From positions 19,778,001 to 19,842,000 of the forward strand of contig OZ336886.1 in assembly GCA_965287045.1 (NCBI GenBank): 64,000 nt of DNA, in the 5' to 3' direction. The translations under genes and the position numbers were made by a program. The notes beneath the pieces were generated by a model, which saw only the letters and a list, made by a program, of their open reading frames with translations, did no database searches and was not told the DNA's origin. This DNA is from Carcharhinus amblyrhynchos (Eukaryota). This document shows positions 37,810 through 50,112 of this stretch, in pieces. Position 1 is the first letter of the stretch, and each line of letters begins with the position of its first letter.

Positions 37810-38575
37810 TTATAAGTCCCCAGACTCTCACAGCTAGTGCAACTACATTTCTTCACACCTTATGCTCAATAAGGATGACATTCCATTTTCCCAGTTCTTC
37901 CATCTCCACTGCTTCTGCTCCAATGATGCAACCTTCACACCAGTGTGTTGGAGATGTCTTCCTTTTTCCTCAACCAAGGATTCTCCCTACCATGACTGAT
38001 GCCCTCAACAATGTCCACAACATTTCCCTCACCTGTTTTCACCCCTTCTCCTCTCTCCCAGAAGCACAATAGGGTTTCCCCTGTCCTCACCTTCCACGAT
38101 GTGGGTATGCTGGCGTTGGACTGGCGTAAACACAGTAAAAAGTCTGACAACACCAGGTTTTAGTCCAACCGATAATTTTCCATCATTGAAACCACCTTCA
38201 ATATGCAACCACCATCAAATCCATCTTCCCATCTCCTCCCCACCTCTTTCAACATTCCAACTGGACTCTTTCCTCGATGAGGAATGAATCAGGGTATTAA
38301 TAATCCCCAAAGAACCAGTTCCCTTCTCAGGGCACATTCCCATGCAAATGCAGGAGATTACCTGTCCTTTTCCCTCCTTACTGTTCAATGCCACAAGCAC
38401 TCCTTCCAGATGAAGCACCAATTTATACATGCTTCTAGCAATCTAATCTGTATGAGTTGCTCACGGTGTGGTTTCCCTGACATTGAGGGGGGCAAACACA
38501 AATTGGATGACCATTTTGTGAAGCACTTCCTATTCAGTTCCCCACCAAGACCCCAATCTTCCTGCGGACTGTCAT
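37810..38575 (+). mobile_element. Penelope-like element relic (RT thumb and GIY-YIG)
   Basis: PxDSHS..SSH...KDxIPFSQF..CSND...EMSSFFLNQGF, then SSNLIC.SCSRCG..DIEG.KHKLDDHFVKH. A second pLTR fragment is inserted at about 38097-38168. Confidence 0.8.
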
Positions 38576-38777
38576 TTTGCAAATTCCATCCAAAGTATCA
38601 ATTTCAGCGCAAAAACTGGTGTGATCCTATTAGCCCTGGTAACAGGATCGGGACCACAATTTTTAGGCTCTTAGGGAAAAAAACAATTTTCTCCCATGGG
38701 AAAAATGCCACGCCTGAGGTGTAAAGTGTTTGCATACCTGACCTGAGGTCATCTGAGCACTTTAATAACAGGGGCAA

Positions 38778-38872
38778 AAACAGAAAATGCTGGAAAATCT
38801 CAGCAGATCTGACAACATCTGTGGAGAGAGAATAGAGTCAATGTTTCGAGTCTGGTTGACCCTTCATCAGAG
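38778..38872 (-). mobile_element. Penelope terminal-repeat fragment with hammerhead-like core
   Basis: Minus strand CTGATGA-A-GGGTC-AACCA-GACTC-GAAA-CATTGAC, then ctctccacagatg...cagcattttctg. Confidence 0.7.
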
Positions 38873-38879
38873 GAAAAAT

Positions 38880-39812
38880 GTGGGGGGCACGGGTTGTTGC
38901 ATTTAAACAGCTTCACAGTGAAATAGGGAAAAGGTTAATGGATTTTGTACCTAGAATATTTCAAAACATAATCCTTCCTCGTGGCTGATCTCCTCTAGCT
39001 TATATTGCTCCTGGCATTAATATAAGTTATTTATTCATGTATTACATGCTTTAACTCTCATTTTTATAAAGATAGATAGTTTAATGTGGCTGTTATTTTG
39101 TGGACTTTGCAAATCTTACCTACTTGTGTTAGTTGGACATTGTTACACAGATGGTAGTTTACAATACTGGCTTTTGACAGCTGCTGATGGCAGATCACGA
39201 TACCGGCTTTTGACAGGAAGAGTCCTGCTGGGACAGCCGCGATCGCACAAGTAACTTCAAAGACAGGTTGATCACTCAGCTACCGGAGACGCAAAATCAG
39301 AGCTGGGATTACCATGAGGGATTGTCAGCCACACTCCTGCGACTGCAGGGCTGAATGGAGGAACCCCTCAATCTTCTGTCACAGGAGATGGTGCTGGCAA
39401 TGCACGGCACCCAGGCCAACACAGCAAGTGTGGCATCCACAGTGGGAAGTTTGGAGCATGATGTTATACCCATGATGGGTAAACTCTGAAACACAACTCA
39501 GTCCCTGAGAGCCATGGCTGAGGGCTTCAACTGTATAGTTCAGACAACGGTGGGCTTCCAGGACTGGCAGCTCCAGATGACGTTCAGGCTTCTGAAACTC
39601 ACTCCAGTTGCCCCTCCACCCCATGGAGAAAGCCAGGGACCCTGTCAAAAGGGAGCAGGATCCCCTGGAGCACATACCAGGGCCTTCAAACTCATGACCT
39701 TCCTGGGCACGAACCTGATCGTGTCATTGGGGAGGGCCCAGGAAGATCGCATTCCAAAATATCACCGACACAAATTCCATTTTTGCCTCTCGCGATAATG
39801 AGATTTGCGCCC
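38880..39812 (+). mobile_element. Probable Harbinger relic (accessory gene helical region)
   Basis: Composition and ORF remnants resemble 31450-31950. TIR-like end gatttgcgccc. Confidence 0.4.
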
Positions 39813-40394
39813 ATGGCTAATGGGCCTTAAATCGTGCCTTTTAATTCTCCAGCTGGCTCTCATGTTGACATCATTGTCCTTGGAGTGCTGCACCATCCCA
39901 GTGAAGCTCAGTATCAGCTTCAGGAAAAGCACCCCACCTTTTGCTTAACTGCTTTCCAGCTTTCTGCACCCACCATTGAGTTCAGCAAATGTAGACCATA
40001 AACTCTGTCCCTGATTTTGCCTCTTTTTCCTTGCATGTTTTGGTTTTTTTTTGGTTTCAGACTGTGGCATGTCTGGCTGCAGGCAAATCTTTTGTTTCTT
40101 TTTGTATTCCAAGCTTCCATCTCTTTGGCCCTGGTAGACTAACACTTCTGTCTTCGCTCTCTTCTGTCTTCGCTCTCTTCTGTCTTTTAAGCTATCACAA
40201 GGCCTTTTTTTTGCCTTGTCTCACCCGCCCCATCAACCTGAAATGTTAACGCTGGTTCTCGTTCCAAAGATAATGTATGACTTGCTGATTTTTTCCAGCA
40301 AGTTTTGCTTTTATTTGAGAATAATTAGCTGTTCAATAGCTTTCAAATTTAGTTAATGTCCCAAAGAAAGTTTTGCGTGTGTATCTGTACGTAG

Positions 40395-40702
40395 ATAGAA
40401 TTCACAGAAACCTTACAGTGCAGATGGTGGCCACTCAGCCCATTGAGTCTGCACCAATTCTCTGATAGAACATCTTACCCAGGCTTTCTCACCTGCCTAT
40501 ACCTGTAACCCCACACATCTAGCATGGCCAATCCATCTAAACTACACATCTTTGGATTGTGGGAGGAAACTGGAGTACCCAGAGGAAGCCCACACAGACA
40601 TGGGGAGAATGGCAAACTCCACACAGACAGTTACCCAAGGCTGGAATCAAACTCGAGTCCCTGGCACTGTGAGGCAGCGATGCTAACCACTGTACCACAG
40701 TG
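40395..40702 (-). mobile_element. HE1 SINE
   Basis: Tail, V-domain and head are recognisable. Confidence 0.9.
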
Positions 40703-41068
40703 TTGTATTCCAGAATACAACAGAACAGAGTGCAGCAGTGTATCTTACTGCTAGCAGCACACATAAACCTAGGGCAGATACTGAAATCAAATTCAGGGCC
40801 TGTTGTGTAAAATGGTCATGAAAATATAATGAATACATTGGTTTACCTTTATACTTATAATTCAATTGGCTAATTTATTAATAGATATGAATTAATTTGA
40901 AGCTACATATCATATGACAGTCAATATTTTGTACTTTGTTTGACAGCAATCTTAAACCCTGGTAAACACATACTTAACCATTCAAATGCTGCAGTTCTTC
41001 AAGTACATTCGATTTGTTTCTCATCCCTATTTAGAATGAGACTGGGCTCAAACAGTGCTGCCTCAAAC

Positions 41069-41112
41069 AGGGCGGCCTGTTGGTACAGTGCTTAGCACTG
41101 CTGCCTCACAGC
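41069..41112 (+). mobile_element. HE1 head fragment
   Basis: gggcggc...ggtacagtgcttagcactgctgcctcacagc. Confidence 0.7.
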
Positions 41113-41749
41113 AGTGGACTGCAGTGAGTGACCTGAGGTAAACCTGGTAATGAACCTTGGATTTCATTTAACTGACGATCATCAGGTACCTGATGACAAT
41201 TCAGCATTGGATGTTTAAATCTTTGTATCATTGGCAGTGAGCCACCGGGGTTTGGGGAAGGGGGAGGCTGGGGGGCGGGGAGAGAATGTGATATGATTGA
41301 TAGGGAAGTGGGCCAGGGGAGAGGGTGAACTGGTGGGAGGAGACAATTGGAAGGCAGAGTGAGGTGAGATTGGGAAAGGAGGGAAGAGGGCACTTGTAAA
41401 GCTAGGTGGAGAAGTTGTGGGGAGGGAGGTTGGGACAATCAGGAAGGATAGGACGTAATCCAGAAGGAATTGGCAATAGTTTCTGGCATTTCAGTGGAAC
41501 CAGGATGAGCAGGAGTGCATCTCCCAGGTTCTCAGCCTATTGTGCACTTCTCAACCTATTTTTCCACCTTTGGTGGGCAGGGTACACTCAGCATGCAATG
41601 TGTACACAGAGTGTCCACCATATTGCACACAATTTATGCCTTAAGATGCAGCATCGGCTCAATTTTTGGCCACTGTGTTCAATTTTCCACCCCAAGGACT
41701 TGAATTCTGCCAGGCCATTTAGTGCAGCATAAAAGTAGAATTGAATAGC

Positions 41750-42025
41750 TCCTATCTCCTGATGAGATGTTAAACTGTGGTCCAATCTGCTCTGTCAGGT
41801 TAACGTAAAGTCCACAGCATTATTTAAAGAGGTGCAGTGGAGTTCTAACTTCTGTGCCTCAGTTAATACCACCAAATGTAACTCAAATGCCATTTCTCTC
41901 ATTGCTGTCACTCGACCTTACCCTGGTTCCTGTATTTGTTTACACAGTGACAATATTAAAAGTAACTCATTGATTACAGAGCACTCTAGGATGCCCTATT
42001 GATGTGAAAGGCACTATATAAAAAA
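41750..42025 (+). mobile_element. Deu-domain SINE relic
   Basis: gatgagatgttaaactgtggtcc...gtcaggttaacgtaaag...gtgaaaggcactatataaa. Confidence 0.7.
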
Positions 42026-42599
42026 ATGGAGTTCTCCACTTCCTGTGCAGAAATAGGACGCCAAATTTGTTAAGAATAAAGATTAATTTTACATCCTCAC
42101 AATAATTAAAAAGTAAATTGATGGCAATGTAACAAAATGACACTTTCATCTTACACATTTCATATGCACAGTAAACAACATGGTCACATGCTGTTTACCA
42201 ACAAACAAACTTAATAGGAAACAGCATATGAGCATGTCATGCTTCCCGAAACACAACTAGTTAGTTAAGTATATTTAATCAGGTCAGATAGAAGTTACTG
42301 AATAACAGCCGTGCAAATGAATTTTGTTTAAGCCCCAACAAAAATCCTCAGGGGGTCCGAGGGTGCAATGTTTGCAAAGCGCAATTAACCTGCACCCTCA
42401 ATTGTAACGCGGACAGGGTCTCAAGTTCAAATGCCATGAATTTTGTGTGCAGCCAACTCTTCCCACGGATTTCACGAGCTGCGTATGTCAGTAGGAGACA
42501 AAATGTCACTGGTGCTTAGTAATGTTTAAAGCGAGAATGCACCTTTTTAAGGAGAGGTTTCCTGATTGCTGCTGATGCTCTGGTTACTTTGAATACTGT

Positions 42600-44100
42600 A
42601 TCGTGGAAGAGGCCAGAGTGACTGATCATGCGTGAGCACGGACACCAATGCTTTCAGATGCTGCATTGCAGATATTGGTCAGAAAAGTGGAAAGAAAGAA
42701 GTACACCTTGCAGTCTTAGGAAGGAGCAGTGGCCCTCCAGATTCATGCTCACAAAGCAGTGATAATGATAGTAGAAGAGGTTAACGCAAGGAGCTTAGCC
42801 CCTGGGACCTGGATTTAGTGCAGGAAGAAGTTTGATCATCTCACACAAGTTGTCAAGGTCAGTGAATGCTATATTCTATGAACTGCACCATGAGTCTTAA
42901 TCACTGCTCAATTTGTTGCACCTAACCAATCATCTACCACAATCTCTCAATCAGAATTGATACTGATCATTCATATGGTTCACTTCATCCTCTCATATTT
43001 AGCACTGTGACAAGCCTCACCCCTCTTCTGAAAGTTTGTACCTGTGCTAAATCCTTTCCCCAAGCCTGGACAATTTCATCACTCAAACAGAATGCATGAC
43101 ACTCAATGGTACTCGAGAAAGTGGTGCATGACCAGGGGCAGTGGGAATTTAATGGGAATAGGTGAGATTCCCATGTTTGTCCATTATGGGGAAAGCCAGG
43201 GTCATCAATCGGGTTCACACAATGAAAGTTGAGCGGATCTTCATCCTTAGTCCACCATCTCATTTCGTATTGTGGTAGATTTCTTCTAACCACAGGAGAC
43301 TCAGGCACAGGTTACAATAGTTTATTTGCAATACAAGCATGGACGGAACTACCCTAGAGAAATCTTTGAAGCAGCACTCTCCTCTAATACAGCTATCATC
43401 TCTAGAACAGCTCTCACAGGGACAGCATTCTAATACAGATCTCTTCACCAAGTCAAAGATACAGATCACTTACACAGTTAGTAAGTACAATTGTTTAATT
43501 GCAATCTTGTATTAATAAATATTTCACCCAAAAATTTGGTTGTTATCTTCTAGAGACCATCTGTTCTTCTAACAAGTGAACAACTTTACTGGTGAATTCT
43601 ACTGATCTTGGTTCCTTGAGATGGAACATTTGACTGTCATGTGCTCTTTACTCTAATGCAGCAGTCTTAGATCTATCCCCCTTTTACTAAATCTTTCCGT
43701 TCACCCTTATACTTCCCCTTCAACTCTCAATCTCTTCTGACATCAAGCTGTCGATGGTGTAAGCATGCAAACCTTTTTTCATTTCAGACTAAATCAAGAA
43801 CTAGAATCTGTCTATGCAATGGAAGAAGAGGAAAAGAAAATAAAGATGAAGGGGCATTACTACCCCCATTTTGCTAGCTCAGGCACTGACACACTGTAAT
43901 TTAGAGGACAGGATAGGCGTGGGATCTGCATTTGTTGAACACTAGGTTCAAGGATGCTGGGGGCAGGGCTGGAGGAAAGGATTACCACATGTGCCAGCTT
44001 ATCTGAGGACGAGGTGGCACACTCATTCCTCTGTTGAGGACTTGATGGGCTAGGTGACAGCAGAAGGTTGATGGGGTGATCACACCCAGATGCTTGGTGC
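42600..44100 (+). mobile_element. Harbinger Myb/SANT (NAIF1-like) gene relic, with unrelated-looking sequence at about 43030-43550
   Basis: PMLSDAALQILVRKVERK...EEVNARSLAPGTWIxCRKKFDHLTQVVK|gtcagt at 42640-42865, and an acidic exon after tttcag near 43790. Confidence 0.7.
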
Positions 44101-46236
44101 ACTGGAAACCACAGAGATGTGGCTTACATCTCCAGTGGGAGCCTGCAAGGAAGCAAATGCATAAAAAGTTCAGAGTCAATTTGGCCAAATTCTCCGGCCT
44201 TTTATGCCCCGCCACCGCTGCCAGAGAAGACGGAGAATTTGGTGCTTAGCCAAATCTCCATTCACTGCAGCAAGACCAAAAAATCCTGCCCAAAGTCACC
44301 TTGGCAGCTAATGACTGACAGTACTGTCTTAACTCTGCTCTGAGATTGGAGTTCTGGCTATATCAATTGAAGGATTTTTCAGCAAAGTACTGTTATCGAA
44401 AACATTGGTTACCACTGTACAAGAATAGCTCCTTAAAGGTCCTGTGTGTATATGGCCTTCTGCTGCGAATACTTCTTGCCCTTCTCTACTCATTTTCCTG
44501 GTCATACTTAATATCAGGAGGAAGCCCTAGTTGGCCATCCAAGTTTGGAAACAACTGATTTGTGCACCAGCATTTAAGTCAGCAAAAAACACTTCAGCAA
44601 CCAAGGTATGTGCAATTACAAAGTAGTAATCTTATAAATAACCTGTAAATACTTCATGAATTATTTAATTAATATTGGTGGAGGGTCAATCAAGACGTTT
44701 GATGATGTGAGAGATTATGAGAGAGCATAAGCTCTGCCACACTAATTGAAGCCATGATTTATCTGTTCTGCATATTGCTGACAGTCACTAAGATATGAGC
44801 AAAATAACCCCTTACAAATATGCCCCAAAAAATCAGCCACTTTAGATCCCAATCTTTGGCCTTCCTGATCATAAAACAGAGATTAAATTTTAAAAGAAAA
44901 GTGTCTCTCAGATTCCTGCAAGCCAGACTTGTGAGGAAGGCTCACATACCCGAGGTAAAAGTAAGTAAGCTATTCAAGCTTGGACAGCAGTACAGGATTA
45001 GAGAAAATGTATGCAAAATTCAGAAGGTTGGCGATTAGAGAAACCTCTTCCCCACAAATGTGAAATGAGTTGAAGGCCATTGATTTGAGGCCAGTGGTAC
45101 TGTTAAAAGATTTGGAATAACTATCTATTCAGAAGGCGAATTGGGGATTATACAGATTTCCAACACCTATTTTCAGAGGAAGCTCAGGAGAGAAATCAGT
45201 TCTCTTGATGTACCAAATCAAGAGCTGGTGTTTGACCATCGCACAAAATCAAGCATCGACATAAGAGATTGGGCTTGATGGGCTGAATGGCTGTTCTTGT
45301 ATTCTCTTCTTTTTAATGCAGTTTTTAATTTTTAATTTAGTTTTATTGCTAAAACTGTATCCTTCAAGGATTGGTGACAATGTCACTTGGTGAGGCAATC
45401 AAAGAATCGTGCTAGCAATCCCATTGCTTGCCTAAGCAATGGTCTTACAAATGAATCTACTGGCTTAGAATAATAGCAAAGTGCGAGAGCAAAGTCTAAC
45501 TGGTTTATAAAATTCTACACGAGTTGGATCGACAATTTAGACTCATGGGAATTCCTAACATATTCAAAATGATGATTTTGCATTTTAAAAGTGGCTTTGC
45601 ATTTCGAATTTGCTTTATTGGTTAAGTTCAATGATCTGGTTGCCTGACGTGCAAGTTCTTCAGAGGTATGTCAAGATAATAGATGGACAAAGAAAATCAG
45701 TTACTTTATGGACACTATACAACTGAACTTGAAAATATTGGATCACAAGGCAGAACCTGAATTATCATTGGGATATTTGCAACTAGGGATGGGAGGAAAA
45801 CATCATTTACTAAAACATATCCCAATGTAGCGCTAAAAGTAATAGCTACTGAAATACATTCAAGGAAATATTTGTGAGATCCCATGACATGAGGAGAAGG
45901 TAAACACCAAGCTTCAATAAAGCACAGGGCTTTAAATGGCATGCACAGTCAAAGGTCAAGTCATAACCTGAATGTAAACTAAAGCCCTTTTTTTCCCCAT
46001 TTTCTAAAAGAGGCAGTGGCCCTGTTAATCATCGCTGATCCAACAAATCATTTGCAAAGGATGCTGATAAGCGCAGTCTCACCTTTCACATCACCACATT
46101 GGAAAATGTGAAAAGAAAACTAAACACTTTAAAATGTTAAAGAGTTTTATTCCCCCCAATTAGTTCCGAGATACAATATTTGGCTTTGCTTTCAGTGAAA
46201 TGTTTGCAGGAAAACAGTGAAATATAAATTTTGTAC

Positions 46237-46310
46237 CTTGGTGGAAAAGATATCTCTTGTTCACTCAACTTGTCTTTAAATCCCGACAGCTCCCTGTCAA
46301 ATTCTAAAAG
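46237..46310 (-). CDS. INPP5A: INPP5A-type 5-phosphatase internal exon (74 nt, about human exon 12), LLEFDRELSGFKDKLSEQEISFPP(S)
   Basis: Acceptor ttcttttcag|CTT and donor CCAAG|gtacaa, phase 0 to 2. The translation matches recalled human LLEFDKELSVFKDRLYELDISFPPS. Ortholog versus paralog is not resolved. Confidence 0.93.
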
Positions 46311-46636
46311 CTGAAAAGAAATCAATTAACAAAAATGTTATTTTAACATTATAAATTATAGTATTTCACTGGTCTACTGACCAGCCTTGTTTAAGCATTT
46401 CTGTTCTGACCAGGTATCTCCCATGCCATGTTATCTTGGCTTCTAATAGGTTCCAGCAACATGGATTACCCGGTAAGTGTCACCAGGCTTTTGGAACATT
46501 AAGGACATCACAGCAAAGTCCAGTCCTGTCTCCTTCTGATATCTTTGTAAAGGGGACAGCAATCGGGAAGAACACTGTCTAATTTCTCTTTAGCAACCGA
46601 CAAATAGAGAGAACAATTGTAATGTGTCTACTATAG

Positions 46637-46976
46637 AGGGTGGCACAACAGTTAGCGCTGCTCCCTCACAGTGCCAGGGACCCGGGTTCGATTCCAGTCT
46701 CGGCAGTCTGTGCGGAGTTTGCACATTCTCCCCATGTCTGTGTGGGCTCCCTCCAGGTGCTCTGGTGCCCTCCCACACTCCAAAGAAGTGCAGGTCAGGT
46801 GGATTGGCCATGTTAAACTCTCCCATGGTGTCCCAGGATGTGTAAATTAGAGGGATTCGTGGGATAAATGTGTGGGGTTATGGGGAAAGGGTCTGGTGGT
46901 CAGGTACTCTGTTGGAGGGTCAGTGCAGACTCAGTGGGCCAAATAGCCTCATTATGCGTTGTAGTGATCCCATGAT
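46637..46976 (+). mobile_element. HE1 SINE, full length
   Basis: A box, gggttcgattcc B box, V-domain and HER1 tail. Confidence 0.92.
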
Positions 46977-47174
46977 ATTGTTGGCTGAAACCAGCTAATA
47001 GTTCAGACAAGGATCAAAGCTGAGTCCTCCTGATGTCTCAGATTTCTCCATTCACGGAGCAAATTGCTGAGACAGTAGAGGAACTTATTAGCCAATATTT
47101 TACTGGTAATTTAGCACACTTCATCTCATCATAATTGAAAAGGAAAATTCCTTTTCTTTGCAAATTTTTATTTA

Positions 47175-47680
47175 CATAGGAACAAGAATAGGCCATTCAG
47201 CCCATCAAGCCTGCCCTGCCATTCAATACAATTATGGCCGATTGGACTCTTAACTGCCTTTTACCCACTATCCCTATAAACCTTTGGATTATTGTTAATC
47301 AAAAATCTATCAATCTCTACCATGAACAAACACAATGACTGAGCTTTCACAGCTCTCTGGGGTAGAGAATTCCAAAGATTCCCAGTCCTCTGTGTAAAGA
47401 AATTTCTCATCTCATGGCATCCCCCTTATTTTGAAATTGTGCCCCATGGTTCTCAACTCCCCAACCAAGGGAAACATCTTAACAGTGTCTACCCTGTCTA
47501 TTCCTTCAAGTATTTTGAAGATTTCAATCTGATCACCTCTCATTCTTCACAACTCTAGAGAATACAGGTCCAGTTTGCCCAATCCCTCTTCATAAGACAG
47601 TCCCACCATCCTGAGTACAAGTCTGGTGGACCTTTGTTGCACTCCCTCTCTGGCTATGGTATTCTGAGGTAAGGGGACTA
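47175..47680 (-). mobile_element. CR1 LINE 3' end
   Basis: acataggaacaagaataggccattcagccc (tail), plus reverse-complement GLYSLE..RMRGDQIE and LWNSLP. Confidence 0.85.
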
Positions 47681-48967
47681 CTTTCTCACTTTCTTTTGTG
47701 ATCTTGCCTTGGAAGTTGTACACTCACAGGGGTCGACCCTTTTCCCATTTGTCAGTTCTTCACCAGTACTAATGCCATCACAAGCAACTGATTCAAAATG
47801 GATACAACAAAAATTAACTCAGGCGACTGAGCAATATTATCCCCGAACGTCCCAAAGTACAAACAGTTCTTGCTCACAGTCAGTGTACAGGGACGGGCAA
47901 AATCTCTTGCAGCTTTAAGTTGTAAATTAATCCGCACCTGCATCAGGCTTTAATTCAATTTAAGACCTCGTAGAGCACAAAGTGTCTGGGGGAGGGGCGC
48001 TTCTCATTATAAACCTTGGGGGAGTTGCAGGGTAACATTCGGTTTGGTTTGTGATGACCTGAACTGAATATAATCTCATGTCTGAAACTATAAATAGGGG
48101 TAATGACATTCATTTTATGTACATAATAGGGCTCTTGTGCATCATTCTCCCATTTAAAGAGGGAGAAATGTATCTCCTTAACTTTTACTGAAACCCAAGG
48201 TTAGATCACAGAGCTATTAGCTGGTTTTAAACAAACAGCCATTCAAATTGTTACAAACAGCATTATCTTTCCATCAATATTTGTTCTTAACCTGGATTGT
48301 GAGTGAGTAAGTGACTGAATGCTCATAATAATCTGTTATGCTACTGACCATCATTCTTTGTAAGTGCCATTTCCTATTCTGACAAGTATGTCATCAAAAT
48401 AACACCTTTTATGACTACAGTGTGTTTACGCTACTGCCCATTAATCATCTCTCATCTCACAGCTGTGCTGATACCATTGTATGGGTGGCAGAGGTTCTGA
48501 TCTAAATTAGATTATGTCCCTCTATCCCATGCCACCTCATAAATCATTCCTGAAATGCAAAATTAGCAGCTACTTGTACACATTAATTATCTGTTCGAAC
48601 GCAGTCACTTGAAGCACCTGCAAGGATGACCAGTTCTCCAACCTTCCCGTTCTGAGGCAGAAACCAAAGGTCTCTCTATTTTGTAACATGACCATATTGT
48701 TCAAACATTTCCACTGCTTTATCAAATGTGGACCCATGCACTTCACTCAAGGCACTTCACTGATCAGCTGGTTTTTTTTCAAATTTATGTCTCTGGATGT
48801 AAATATGGGCCAAGTGCACTCTCTCCTCACAGACATATTTAAATTCAGATGGTCTATGGCCCCGATTTTAACCCCAGTGAGACTGATGCTTGGAAAGAGT
48901 TAACCTCAGCCTGGGTACACTTACTGGCCTGAAGCCACGCCCTGCATGAGGCAACATCATACCAGGA

Positions 48968-49200
48968 TAGCATGCTGGCAGAGTGGATAGCACTGCTGCC
49001 TCACAACGCCAGGGACTCAGGTTCAATTCCGACCTTGGGTGACTACTGCCTGTGTGGAATTTGCATGTTCTCCCCATGTCTACGTGGGTTTCCTCCCGTT
49101 GCACCAATTTCCACCCATAATCCAAAGACGTGCGGGTTAGGTGGATTGGCCATGCTAAATTCTTCCTTAGTGTCCCAGGATGAGTAGGTTAGGGGGGTTA
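48968..49200 (+). mobile_element. HE1 SINE, 3'-truncated
   Basis: Head and V-domain are recognisable. Confidence 0.88.
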
Positions 49201-49512
49201 GTGACACTGACGTTGGCTGCCAAGTCCCTTACCCAGCGCCAACTATATTCAAATGTGCCTGGGGCACTGTTTTGTACCTTGCAGCTCTGACCCAATTGTC
49301 CACTCGCATCCACTGACCCTGTCAGTTTTAGGAGGTAGACAATGTGACACTATTTCAAGGAAGCTTAGGAATTAACTCGTTCCATTCTCAAGTTGAGATT
49401 TGTACGGTAGTTTCTGTCCTGCCCACACCCTGCCTGTGCTGAAGGCAACAACAGTTTAAATCAAAGGCTATACATGTCATTTACCAAAAAAAAAATCAGA
49501 TTACACTTATCC

Positions 49513-49580
49513 TAGAATCTCTACAGAGCAGGAGGAGGCCATTCGGCCTGTGAGGCAGCAGTGTTAACAACCGTGCCGCA
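49513..49580 (-). mobile_element. Internally deleted HE1 (head fused to tail)
   Basis: tagaatctctacagagcaggaggaggccattcggcc joined directly to tgtgaggcagcagtgttaac. Confidence 0.7.
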
Positions 49581-50112
49581 TGATATTCTTGTGGCCCCCA
49601 TTAGACAAGTGGTGTGTGGTCAGGTTGGAATTGTGTCTGCTCTTCAATACGGGATGAGCAGAAACTTTCTCTAAGTATTAGTAAGATCAAAGCCATTTTC
49701 TTCAGTGCTCACAACAAACATACAATTCCTCTCTCCTGATTCCATTCCCTTCCACTCTCTGAGCCCAAACTAGACTCTTTGTAAACAAGGCATCCTACCT
49801 GGCCTTGGTATGAGTTTTTGACCCCACATTCTCTTCCCCAACAAGACTAGCTGCTTATATACTGTAATAATGATCATTTTCATTCACTTCCCACCCTAAT
49901 CCTGAAATCCTTGTATCTTTGTTGCTTCCGGATTCAATTAATCCCTGGCCTGCCTATTTTCCACCCTCCTTAAACTTGAGCTCAATCCAAACTTCTGCTA
50001 CCCATATCCCAACATGTATCCAGACTCGTTCTTCCCATGTCTCCTACATTGTTTCAGCATCAAATTTACAATTCTCACCCTGGTGTTCAAATTTCTCCAT
50101 GGCCTTGTCCAT

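Noticed and set aside
43271-43550. Possible minus-strand solo LTR
   Set aside because: It has a TGT start and tttatt, but I could not define a second end, TSD or primer-binding site.
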